DNA of 63,878 nucleotides, the filler included, from Octopus bimaculoides (taxonomy: Eukaryota), in assembly GCF_001194135.2 (NCBI RefSeq). It is 7 parts of 6 records of this genome, joined end to end, with 100 filler letters (N's around TTAATTAATTAA, not from the genome) between each part and the next. Parts side by side here need not be neighbours in the genome. Positions count along the whole stretch, not along the records: positions 1 to 31,752 come from NC_068985.1; 6 more parts are not named here. One strand, written 5' to 3'. The notes under the pieces were generated by a model that was not told the DNA's origin, did not search any database, and saw only the letters and a list, made by a program, of their open reading frames with translations. The translations under genes were made by a program, and so were the position numbers. Every line of letters begins with the position of its first letter. Position 1 is the first letter of the stretch. Positions 13,316 to 24,388 of this stretch are shown here, in pieces.

Positions 13316-13416
13316 TCCTGCCTACAACTGTTTCCACACCTAATCAATTCAATTACAGAAATAAATTCAAATTCCCATATTTGAAACCAGTCGATTGGGT
13401 ATTTCTTCAGGGAGAA
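13316..13416 (-). ncRNA. Type I hammerhead ribozyme motif with extended stem II
   Basis: Minus strand reads ttctcc-CTGAAGA-[a atacc c aatcga ... ttgatt a ggtgt g]-GAAAC-agtt-GTA^-ggcagga. Core intact. Stem III ACAGTTGT is self-complementary with G.U pairs. Stem I is 6 bp with one bulge. Confidence 0.7.
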
Positions 13417-15189
13417 TTTCCATAGAAAGTTACATTACGACGTGTAGGCTAACCTACGACAAACTCAGATGTGTGTGTTTCCTTGAATGCAAGCGTTCCT
13501 TAGAAAACCGTTATTACCATATATGTATAAATAAACACATTTGAACTCGTGCAAATATGATACACAATAGTTCATGGATGCCGTTGTAGTGGCTAACAAG
13601 ACAGACGCTACAGAGAGACGTGACCAAAGTGAACAATATTATCATGTGAAAGGCGTGAAAATGTTATGAGTTTTGGACGGTAACTGACGAGGTAAAAGAA
13701 TGTCCAAGTCTTGTTTGTGGAGAGTCCCTTTGTTCCTTTGTCGCTCTTTCGTGCAATTTTTGAATCTTATTTAATATAACGCTACACACCCATCTTTTTG
13801 TTCTTACTCACTGGCACCTCATACAGAGGCCAATATTTAATGCGACGTCTCTCCCTTTCTCCTTCTGTTTTTCTGTTTTTTCTCTCCCTCCCCTTCTCTC
13901 TCTCACTACCTTATCGTTTTGTTGCCTTTTCTATCTATCTCTTTCACTTTACTATTCTCCCTCCTCTCTTGTTCTGAGAACCCTCCTTTATTCCCTTCTT
14001 CCTCTCTACGTCTTCGATCTCCTGCATTTCTTTTTTTATGTACTTCCTTTCTCCGTTTACTTTACTTGCCTCTCTTGCCTTTTTCTCTGCCTTAACTATC
14101 TGTTTTCTCTCTCCCTCCTCCCTTCTCGGTACCATGTGACCACTCCATTTCTCCTTACAGCATTTCATTTTTGTCTCATCCTCTCAGGTTCCCACTTTTT
14201 TCAACACAGGGTTCGTTTTTTCTACCTTTCATTCTATCCTTCATTCTGTCTTTCCATCTTCACTTTCCTTTACAAGTCCTATTGGACATCATTTTCCATT
14301 ACGTTACTTCTAAACATATCTTATCCTAATGCTGTATCAGAGCTTATATTTTGCTTGTATATTTATAATCGTACCAGCTACTTTTGTCGTGTTTGTTTTT
14401 GTCACTGTCCTTTTGCGTTCGCTCATTATTCTCAGCAGATATTTGCTGTTGACGCTACCAAAATGAACAATATTATCGTTAAAAGCGTGAAATCATTATG
14501 ATTTTTGGATGATAACTATCGAGGAAAGAGCATGTTCACGTCTTCGAAGGAATCTTCCTTTTCTCTCTTTTTCATCGTTCTGTGATATTTTTAATCGTAT
14601 CATATACATATATGTGTGTGTATGTGTGCGCGCGCGCGCGTGCACGCGTATTTACTTATGTAATTATGATCATGAGCTGCTTCAAACGAAACATATTTAA
14701 TTATCTGAACAGGGTTATGAATGCCAGCCACACTACTAGACTACTGTTTCAAGAAACTGTAACTTTGTGCGTCAGCAGATTACTTAAAATAATTTTTTTA
14801 ACGTATGATCTCAGGGAAGTGTATCTGCCATTTGTAGCACGTCTAGCAATGATGAAATGGCACCTTCGTTGACAGGTGCTTTAGTGTCACGTATTCCTGT
14901 TATTAGTGGTTACAATGGAGGAGAAAACTCTGCATGCAAGAAACCTTGTGCAATAACTACTATACCATCAACTTCCATCTTGACAGTAGCAAATTAGTAA
15001 CTGCGCGTCATTCTTCTACTTTTATTAATCCCGACAGTATGCAAGATTAATTAAATCATTCTAGCATTAGCGCAAACTGAACATTTCGTTTTAAGATATA
15101 TCTTCAACACTGTTTATGCATGCAAATGCTTTGCGTATCTGTAGACATGAAAATCTATAGGCATATATCAAAAATCAAAGGTGTTTCCC

Positions 15190-15478
15190 GAGCCATAGGT
15201 TTATAATGCCGGTCTCCTGGATTCTGTGAAGCTGCTCCGTCAGAGGATTACTTATTTTTGCCAGCTGTGTGAACTGGTGAAACGTGAAATCAAGTTTTTT
15301 TTTTGTGTCTAGAGAGATTTATTATGCCAATAAAAAAATCTTGTAATCCAGATACAAGGACGAAGTGAGATGAAGTGTTTTGCTTAAGAACACAAATCAT
15401 CACTCAGTTCAGGAGAGGAAACTATACTCTTACGATCAGGAGTGAAATCCCCTAACTATTAAGCCACGCACCTCCACA
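15190..15478 (-). mobile_element. SINE family C (CORE-like), diverged
   Basis: Ends in taagccacgcacctccac (reverse complement of head gtggaggcgcgtggcttag) and contains gtgttttgcttaagaacaca. Confidence 0.75.
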
Positions 15479-15795
15479 AGCATATATTCTAACTCATAAA
15501 TGTTGCTCGACGCGTATGCGTAAAAACAGAACCACCAATGCATGCACCAATACACATACACGTGCACACATAGTAATACTGGCAGTGAATTATTAAAAAA
15601 AAATCTCCATACATTAGATTATACAAACATATTCACAAATGCATTACAACTCATATGCGCGTATATATATCTTATTCATGATTCTGTATTCAATAACACC
15701 AGTACACACATCTATGGTTGACATTTTGTAATTATAACTTATACGTATGATATACCCGTTTAACACATGTACATTCGAATGTACGCATGTTTATG

Positions 15796-15830
<35 letters not shown>

Positions 15831-16543
15831 NNNNNNNNNNNNNNNNNNNNNNNNNNNNNNNNNNNNNNNNNNNNNNNNNNNNNNNNNNNNNNNNNNNNNN
15901 NNNNNNNNNNNNNNNNNNNNNNNNNNNNNNNNNNNNNNNNNNNNNNNNNNNNNNNNNNNNNNNNNNNNNNNNNNNNNNNNNNNNNNNNNNNNNNNNNNNN
16001 NNNNNNNNNNNNNNNNNNNNNNNNNNNNNNNNNNNNNNNNNNNNNNNNNNNNNNNNNNNNNNNNNNNNNNNNNNNNNNNNNNNNNNNNNNNNNNNNNNNN
16101 NNNNNNNNNNNNNNNNNNNNNNNNNNNNNNNNNNNNNNNNNNNNNNNNNNNNNNNNNNNNNNNNNNNNNNNNNNNNNNNNNNNNNNNNNNNNNNNNNNNN
16201 NNNNNNNNNNNNNNNNNNNNNNNNNNNNNNNNNNNNNNNNNNNNNNNNNNNNNNNNNNNNNNNNNNNNNNNNNNNNNNNNNNNNNNNNNNNNNNNNNNNN
16301 NNNNNNNNNNNNNNNNNNNNNNNNNNNNNNNNNNNNNNNNNNNNNNNNNNNNNNNNNNNNNNNNNNNNNNNNNNNNNNNNNNNNNNNNNNNNNNNNNNNT
16401 ATATATGCAATAAGGGCAACTACTGAGTAGCGCCACATGCTAGAAAAGTAGACACCAAATGGCTCTAAGACTACCTTTTTTTATCATATAGTCACGGACT
16501 CAAAGTGAGGAAAATGAACAAAAGAGATTTTTTAAAAGGTTTA

Positions 16544-16600
16544 GCTATAGATCGATTTCTATTTTAGGAATGTAATACCCTTTACCGTCATCAGTATGAC
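16544..16600 (-). ncRNA. Minimal type I hammerhead motif (AUC triplet)
   Basis: gtcata-CTGATGA-cggtaaagggtattacattcctaaaata-GAAA-T-CG-A-TC^-tatagc. Palindromic ATCGAT stem III. The base of stem II is poorly paired. Confidence 0.6.
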
Positions 16601-17134
16601 ATAATACAGAATACATATTTATAAACATCCATACATAGCATACGAACACAACGTATCCACAGTGCATATACAAATGTTGACATTTATATACAAGTTAAAT
16701 CTAGTTCGTTCATCTCGTTCATCACGTGTGAAAAACCAAAATAATTCAGCAGCGAATAAATTGACAAAATTGATTCATATTTATCATTCTAACCGAGGAT
16801 AAAATATATACAGGATTTTATCAAGGAGCTAGCATGTAATAAATCATTTAGTTAAAAATTAATACAAAGTATATAATTTTATAAATATAATCATAATAAG
16901 GACAACTACTGAGTAGCGTCACATGCTAGATGTATACGCCAAATGGCGCTTATTCTACCTCATTTATCACATAGACACGGACTGAAAGACAGGGAAATGA
17001 AAGAAAAAGATTTTTTCTAAATGAACGAACTAGACTTAACTTGTATATAAGTGTGAACATTTGTATATTCACTGTGGATACGTTATGTTTGTAAAGTACG
17101 TCTAAACGTTTATACTTATGTACCTTGAGTTATG

Positions 17135-17171
17135 CCATACTGATGACAGTAAATTAGAAATCGGTCTATGG
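17135..17171 (+). ncRNA. Minimal type I hammerhead motif (GUC triplet)
   Basis: ccata-CTGATGA-cagtaaatta-GAAA-T-CG-G-TC^-tatgg. Perfect 5-bp stem I, minimal stem III, weak stem II. Confidence 0.65.
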
Positions 17172-17974
17172 GTAACACTTTAAAAAAATTTTTGTTGTTC
17201 ATTTTCCTCGCTTTCAGCCCGTGTCTATGTGATAAATAAGGTAGTTTTAAAGCCATTTGGCGTCTACTTCTAGCATTTGGCACTACTCAGAAGTTACCCA
17301 TATTATAATTATATTTATAAAATTACATAATTTAAAAAAAAATTTACCGAAATGGTTTATTACATGCTAGGTATTAGACAAAATCCTATATAGATTTTAT
17401 CCGTGATTATAATGATATATATATGTATANNNNNNNNNNNNNNNNNNNNNNNNNNNNNNNNNNNNNNNNNNNNNNNNNNNNNNNNNNNNNNNNNNNNNNN
17501 NNNNNNNNNNNNNNNNNNNNNNNNNNNNNNNNNNNNNNNNNNNNNNNNNNNNNNNNNNNNNNNNNNNNNNNNNNNNNNNNNNNNNNNNNNNNNNNNNNNN
17601 NNNNNNNNNNNNNNNNNNNNNNNNNNNNNNNNNNNNNNNNNNNNNNNNNNNNNNNNNNNNNNNNNNNNNNNNNNNNNNNNNNNNNNNNNNNNNNNNNNNN
17701 NNNNNNNNNNNNNNNNNNNNNNNNNNNNNNNNNNNNNNNNNNNNNNNNNNNNNNNNNNNNNNNNNNNNNNNNNNNNNNNNNNNNNNNNNNNNNNNNNNNN
17801 NNNNNNNNNNNNNNNNNNNNNNNNNNNNNNNNNNNNNNNNNNNNNNNNNNNNNNNNNNNNNNNNNNNNNNNNNNNNNNNNNNNNNNNNNNNNNNNNNNNN
17901 NNNNNNNNNNNNNNNNNNNNNNNNNNNNNNNNNNNNNNNNNNNNNNNNNNNNNNNNNTATATATATATATATAT

Positions 17975-18330
17975 CCTATCACTAACTTTAAGATTGTTAG
18001 ATATTCTTCTTGCCTCCAAATTTCCCTCTTTGTATAAAATTGTGTTCTCTTGTATCTGTGATGCTATTTGAAATTAGTCGCTTATAAACGTCCTTATCAA
18101 GCGGATATAAGTTTTTTGTCTTATCAGAGTTTACGAATATGTTATTTGCCTTCTTAATTTCTCTAATCTTTTCCTTCATATCTTTTTGTAGTTGGTTACT
18201 GAATTTTCGGAATCTAATTTTTCTAATGAGTTCGCAAAGGTCTTTTTCGAAGGCTTTTAATTCCGGAATAGGTGGTGCATTCTTTGAAGATGTAAGTCCG
18301 TATTTGCTTCCGCTAATATTCGGTTTAGTA
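17975..18330 (-). mobile_element. Penelope-like element, pre-RT N-terminal fragment
   Basis: KYGLTSSKNAPPIPELKAFEKDLCELIRKIRFRKFSNQLQ...IFVNSDKTKNLY...YKRLISNSIT...NLEARRISNNLKVSDRI. These motifs are typical of an invertebrate PLE group (Naiad-like by recollection). Confidence 0.8.
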
Positions 18331-18334
18331 GCAA

Positions 18335-18745
18335 AGAATCCAATCATCCACCAGTTATTTTTAGGAACCTAGTCATTAATGTAGGTAGACGAATATCGTC
18401 AATTTCTTTGGATAAGACAGCATTTCAGAATGCTGCACCTTATTATAACAACTCATTAAGGAATAGTGGATTCTCTAAGATCCAATATAACCAAGTTAAT
18501 GCTAGCAATAATACCATACGTATAACTAGGACTAGGAGGGTTTTGTGGTTCAACCCAGCTTTTAATATGACCGTAAAAACTAATATATGTAGGGAATTAG
18601 TCTCTAAACATTTTCAACCGAGCCATAAGTTCTACAGAATATTTAATAGAAGAACGCTGAACATTAGCTATTCTTGTTGTGAAAACTTCGCTTCTTTCAT
18701 TAGCCAACACAACACGAAAATAATTACAAATAACCGTAGTAACAA
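18335..18745 (+). mobile_element. Penelope-like element, post-RT (thumb/linker) fragment
   Basis: ESNHPPVIFRNL...RRISSIS....FQNAAPYYNNSLRNSGF...RTRRVLWFNPAF..VKTNI...HF...HKFYRIFNRRTLNISYSC.ENF..FISQHNTKI. Confidence 0.85.
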
Positions 18746-18793
18746 AAACGTATACGGGCAAAACAAGCGAAAATTACATAAATATATACAGTT

Positions 18794-18859
18794 ACCTATA
18801 AACTAGTTTCGAAATTAATATTTTCTTACCGAAAATATCTGTTTCTCATCAGTACAGGC
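18794..18859 (-). ncRNA. Complete type I hammerhead ribozyme motif (GUU triplet)
   Basis: gcctgta-CTGATGA-gaaacagatatttt-cggtaag-aaaatattaatttc-GAAAC-ta-GTT^-tataggt. Stem I 7 bp (2 G.U), stem II 14 positions with 2 mismatches and canonical G10.1-C11.1, palindromic AACTAGTT stem III. Confidence 0.85.
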
Positions 18860-19216
18860 CGCCAAATAAATATAATTCTCAGAATCGCATACTAGTTGTT
18901 CCCCACGAATGGAGCACGTGTACACGGTTCTGTTAATTATATTTATAGTAAGATTCAAAAGTCTTCGTTTTTGCACGTTAAATCCGGAAATATCCAAGTT
19001 CTTACCCTACTGTTTTAATTTAATTAACCATAACCACGTTGTCAAAGTTGGTATATTCGATGCAGATACCATTTTCTGCAGAGATATTTCCGGATTTAGG
19101 GCGCAAAAGCGAAGACTTTTGAATCTTACCATAATATAATTAACAGAACCGTGTACACGTTCTCCATTTGTGGGGAACAACTAGGATGCGATTCTGAGAA
19201 TTATATTTATTTAGCG

Positions 19217-19274
19217 GCCTGTACTGATGAGAAACAGATATTTTGGTAAGAAAATATTAATTTCGAAACTAGTT
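19217..19274 (+). ncRNA. Second copy of the same hammerhead, ending at the cleavage site next to an N gap
   Basis: gcctgta-CTGATGA-stem II-GAAAC-ta-GTT, followed immediately by N10 and (TG)n. The 3' strand of stem I is not visible. Confidence 0.75.
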
Positions 19275-19284
19275 NNNNNNNNNN

Positions 19285-19339
<55 letters not shown>

Positions 19340-20142
19340 TATATAAATATATAAATGCATACATTCATACATAAAAGGAAGTTTTCATACACATAGAGTT
19401 AATGAAGTTGAAACTAGACTTAAAATGTTTAAACTTTTTTTATATTCTTCCAACCGGTTTCGCAACTATTATGATAACGCAGGGTAGCTAGCTTTTCAAA
19501 AGAATGGTTAAGTTGGCGTCGATTAACGAAATTTCATTCACAAGGCTTTAATTATGTAACTCAACGCTACAGTAAAAGACAACTGCCCATGGTACAATGC
19601 AGTAGGATCGTGCATGTAAGCATGTAGCGATAAAAGAAACTTATTATAAACCATAGATTTTTTTTAGTTTTATTTTTAATGAAGAAAAAATATATTTGAA
19701 GGCAAATTTTGAAGTTTCACGCTGAGTGTTTTCTATTCTCAGATCTAAAGGATTGGCAGCTAATAGAATTCTTTTGGTTTATCTTTTTTCGAAGAACGAC
19801 GCCAGTAATACATACTCTTAATATATTTTTTCGATATTTCTTGCGGGAGACGCAGCTTTCTTTTGAGAAGCTATGGTGGTGTATAATCTTATTTCTGAAG
19901 AAATAACTGGCTCTCTCATAAATTGTCTTATCAATTTGACGCCAATGTTTACATAAACAGGCTCACACACGCGCGCGTGCGCGGATGCAAATATATTAAA
20001 ACACATACACATAGACTCTCGAACATGTGTATATGTGTATATGTGTGTGTACGTGTACAGCTGTGTTTGTATGTGCGACAGTGTATGCGTTTGAAGGTAA
20101 GCCATCCACAAAGTCAAGTATATATGGGCATAGGTGTGTGTC

Positions 20143-20200
<58 letters not shown>

Positions 20201-20239
20201 GATATGTATGTATATACATACATATACACATGCATATTC

Positions 20240-20279
<40 letters not shown>

Positions 20280-20348
20280 GAATATATGAATATATGAATA
20301 TAGTATGTATATTCATATATTTATGTATATATGCATATATATGTATGC

Positions 20349-20388
<40 letters not shown>

Positions 20389-23300
20389 ATATATACATAT
20401 ATATATGTGTGTGTGAGTGTGTTTAAAATATTCATAAAGCTATGGCCACATCGATCATATCCTCTAACTATTATTCATCATCCTCTCCCACCCACCATCA
20501 ACATCGTCCCTCATTGCCACCTTTACCTCCAAATAAATGGTATTTTAATGCTTATTCTCATGTTAATGTTACTATCATTTAGAACATGTCAAAATATACT
20601 TGAGAACACCTCTTAAATACAAATAGATTTTTTTTTTATCTTTTGTTTTCAGAGATTATATATGGTAGGGGTTAAAATATACGCTGACCCCTATTTGTCT
20701 CTAAAATCAGGCTTACATATCCCTATATAAAAAGGATTGTTATCAGACGCCTTACACATTATGCATTGCTTGTATTTCAATCGCGATATCCATATTTCTT
20801 ATAAACTTCAGTTAATATCGTCTATGAAACATAATGTAATATGTTTTCGTTGTATCACATATATTGTATCCATTTCAGATAAGATATCCGTCTGATAAAG
20901 ATAATAAAATTTTGGTAGAAAATATATTATTCATTCCCTCTCGTATAATCACAGTATAAGCTCGAAAATTCTTATCTTACTCACTCCCATTCTAATTATA
21001 TTTCATCTACGAAATAAATATTTGCATATATTTACCGAGATTCCATTCACTTGTTTTAGAGTATTATAATTTTCAATGATATTCTATCAATTATATTTTG
21101 ATATACTACCAGAAATGAGTTGATATTCTAAACGTAAGGATCCTTATATATAATTTAAGTATATTTCTTCAGAGTACTAATGTCTCTGAATATAATAAGT
21201 ATCAAAATGTATGATATATGCAAATCGTATATATTCTAGAGATTCATTATCTTAGAATAATATATTGTTTCTGATTTTTTTTTTCCATTAATATGCATAA
21301 CAAATCTAATTAAAAAAATATTGAAGACAATTGTTCATATATCGGCACGCTATATGTTCTTTGCCTTTTTGCTATGATTTGGAGGATTTCTGAGTCTAAG
21401 CTGTTGGAACAGCTGACAAAATATAGATGTTGTTTTGTATAATGTCAATTTAACTGCGCATCCCTCTTTCACTCAGACATTTCCCCTTCCGTGAATTAAT
21501 TTATCAAACTCTAAATAAAATAGTTACGTACAACTTATATATGATTTATCGCTTTGTAGTATTGATTTGAAATGCTCCGATCGGATGTACACAGTAATCA
21601 GCAAATTCAAGCTGTAACTTTGCTAAAAGACTTACCATCCTCATTAGAATCTAGCTTCGAAAGCAATTGTTCTTTGGGAATATATCTTATGTAGCCGAAG
21701 CTCTCTGTTACGAGATAATACGGTTACATCTTCATGTATACTTCAGCAAGAGCACGAAAGATTTTGTGAAATCTTGGGCACGCTTTTTTAAATGTCCTTT
21801 TCCAAAATCACGATGATCCATGAAACTATTCATTATCTCCCGATTTCTCTTATTCGTGAAATTAGTCGTCTATCATCCGCTATTGTAAAAGCACTGAATA
21901 CAGCAATTCCGCTCAATGCATCATAATTGTACAATACATCCAAAGGGTTGTCCCGTACAGTAGTAAACTAAACCAGCTACAGTATCTACTTAAGAACGGT
22001 TACTTGGAAGTTGAAAGACTAATGATATGTGTAATTCGTCACCCTGATCAACGCCACTTTTTGATCCTTGGATGTAAGTATTTGTACTTGTTCTACAGTC
22101 TGAGAACGAGGCAATATCCTAACGCGTAATACCTACTTCAGAAACCTCTGACATATACATTTCTCCCATTTCCTTTACCAGTCTCGGAATCTGCATAATA
22201 AGTAACCTCTTTCTAAATTTCTCCTTCTAGATAAGCCTCAGAAACACATAAAGTAATATCAATGATAGGATTCGAAACGCCGGCTTTTTGACTGGATCTA
22301 GAGAAACTTATCGACTTTGTTATCCAGTGAACGTTTATCTTTTAGGAACACATCAATGAATATGAAATAAGAGCAAAATTACTGGATGTATCTTTATTCC
22401 ATCTAAGCATCCAACAATAAGATGTGTGAGGAAAACTACCTAAGATACAAAATCTATTTGCTGCAACTGTTTTCAAATAATGAAATTAATAGTCAAAGGT
22501 TTACTGAAATGCGTTCATCTGATCTCAATTTACAATCAAAAAATGATAAAAGCAAAACTGTTCAATGGTTTATTATCGATTTTACAAGGTACGTGAGGAA
22601 TATGAATTACTTGACACCTAATTATCGGTTAAGGCTATAAACTGATTTCAATGTAACTTATTCGTTAATTACAATGCCTGCGTAAGATTTCTATTTAGAA
22701 CTGTGAGATTGAAGGTCATCTTCGATATAAAAATAATGTGGCTTGCCAGGGTGAGAGACGATACATCAGCTCTTATATAGGTAGGCCTACACCGTACCAA
22801 CTGAGCAACTTCAAACTGTAAAACACCAACTCAAAGTCATAATATTGATGTATGAAGTATATCAGAAAATTGCACAATCGCCATTTTAAACAAGATATTT
22901 ATGAAGGTGTTTCTCTATATTTTTTTCTATTATTATTTTGACACTTCATGCGATGCAGTGATTTAAAAATGATTTAAATATGAGATTTAACTATATTACA
23001 GATATTTCATTGGCAGCTGAACATTATCTTATGCGTGAATTGATATTATAAATAAAATCGAAAATATCTGTTAACGAAAGGAAACTTTGATTGTTTCACA
23101 AAACGAATTTTAACATTTTTTAAAAATTCGTTTTTTGATAGCTTTAACAGAAAATATCAAGATTTTTCTCAGCTTTTACGATTTAAAGATATCTGATTAC
23201 ATTATTAATTAAGAATTCAATCAACATCCTAAAATGTTTGGGGAGTTTTATAAAAGTGCCTACCATATCTAAAATCTCTCTAAAACATTCCCGACACATT

Positions 23301-23741
23301 AATCAACGATTGAATTAGCACTTATTGATTATTTCCCCATCCTACTGTAGATTTTAAAGTTAAGGAAGTGATCTTCGATTTGAAACGGGGATTTAAATAA
23401 AACAACGGCAATTGTAGCAACATTTAACTGTAATCCATTTCTTACATTCCTTAGTATTCATGAAATCAAAATGTGTGTGAGCTGCATAATTCCAGCCACT
23501 GGTGAGCAATATGATCACTACTGATATTATAGGAGTTTCGAATTTAAGTAAACATTATAAAGAATGTCTACAAGGATCTATCAAAGAACTTATATGTAAT
23601 TGCCAACATGATTGTGCACGTACGAAGGTAAAATAGATATATGTACAAAGATACATCTACGCAAATTAATTTATGATTTAATTTATGACATAAATTATTG
23701 TTCTCATCACTTCTATACGTGCACATACAGAACACACAGAT

Positions 23742-23784
<43 letters not shown>

Positions 23785-23892
23785 AATATTTATTCTTATA
23801 TTCTGTTATTATAAAAAGCAATTTCTCGTTAATCTGATGGCTTATTCTATGCTTTTCTGGAGTACAAATTTATTATTACTGTACAAAAAATA

Positions 23893-23992
23893 TTGTTGAT
23901 AGTGACTTCGAAATTTCGGCCAGCTAAACCATCGTCGAACTGCAGTCTGGTGGTGGTTTAGGTGGTCGAAACTTCGAAGTCCCTATCAACAA
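23893..23992. repeat. Imperfect hairpin (41-bp stem, 18-nt loop)
   Basis: ttgttgatagtgacttcgaaatttcggccagctaaaccatc pairs with ggtggtttaggtggtcgaaacttcgaagtccctatcaacaa. Confidence 0.85.
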
Positions 23993-24029
23993 CATANNNN
24001 NNNNNNNNNNNNNNNNNNNNNNNNNNNNN

Positions 24030-24067
<38 letters not shown>

Positions 24068-24085
24068 GTGTGTGTGTGTGTGTGC

Positions 24086-24133
<48 letters not shown>

Positions 24134-24388
24134 AAACGTGTATACTGCTAATTGGGACTTTAAGTTTCGCTTCACGGATTATTCGAACAGCTACTACGGT
24201 TGAAGATGATGTCCCAAGTAACACAACAATGCAATAAATTTGACTCTGATTACAGTGGTGAGTCCACTAAATAAACATTCTGTCGTTATTTTTAAACTTA
24301 TTTAAAATAAGAATATCAATTTAACATCTATATATACGTGTGTATATATACGTATGTATATATACGTATGTATATATACGTATACATA

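Larger units (their letters stand above)
16405..17405. repeat. Three diverged copies of a ~485-bp non-coding hammerhead-bearing repeat (tandem on minus strand, then inverted)
   Basis: Module A at 16410-16535 and 16895-17020, inverted at 17180-17305. Module B at 16540-16712, inverted at 17020-17170. Module C at 16790-16895, inverted at 17300-17405. Copies are roughly 75-85% identical by eye. Confidence 0.85.
18794..19274. repeat. Inverted repeat (~190-bp arms, ~90-bp spacer) with a hammerhead at each outer end; inverted pseudo-LTR-like structure
   Basis: 18801-18995 is the reverse complement of about 19085-19274 at roughly 90% identity. Confidence 0.9.

Noticed and set aside
14813-14997. 60-codon open frame after a possible acceptor, also nearly open on minus
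   Set aside because: No recognisable protein motif, and the length is within reach of chance in a locally GC-richer patch.
18815-18997. GIY-YIG-like peptide CDSENYIYLAAC in the fold-back arms
   Set aside because: The second motif needs a frameshift, the frame is broken in the other arm, and the same bases are better explained as the hammerhead.
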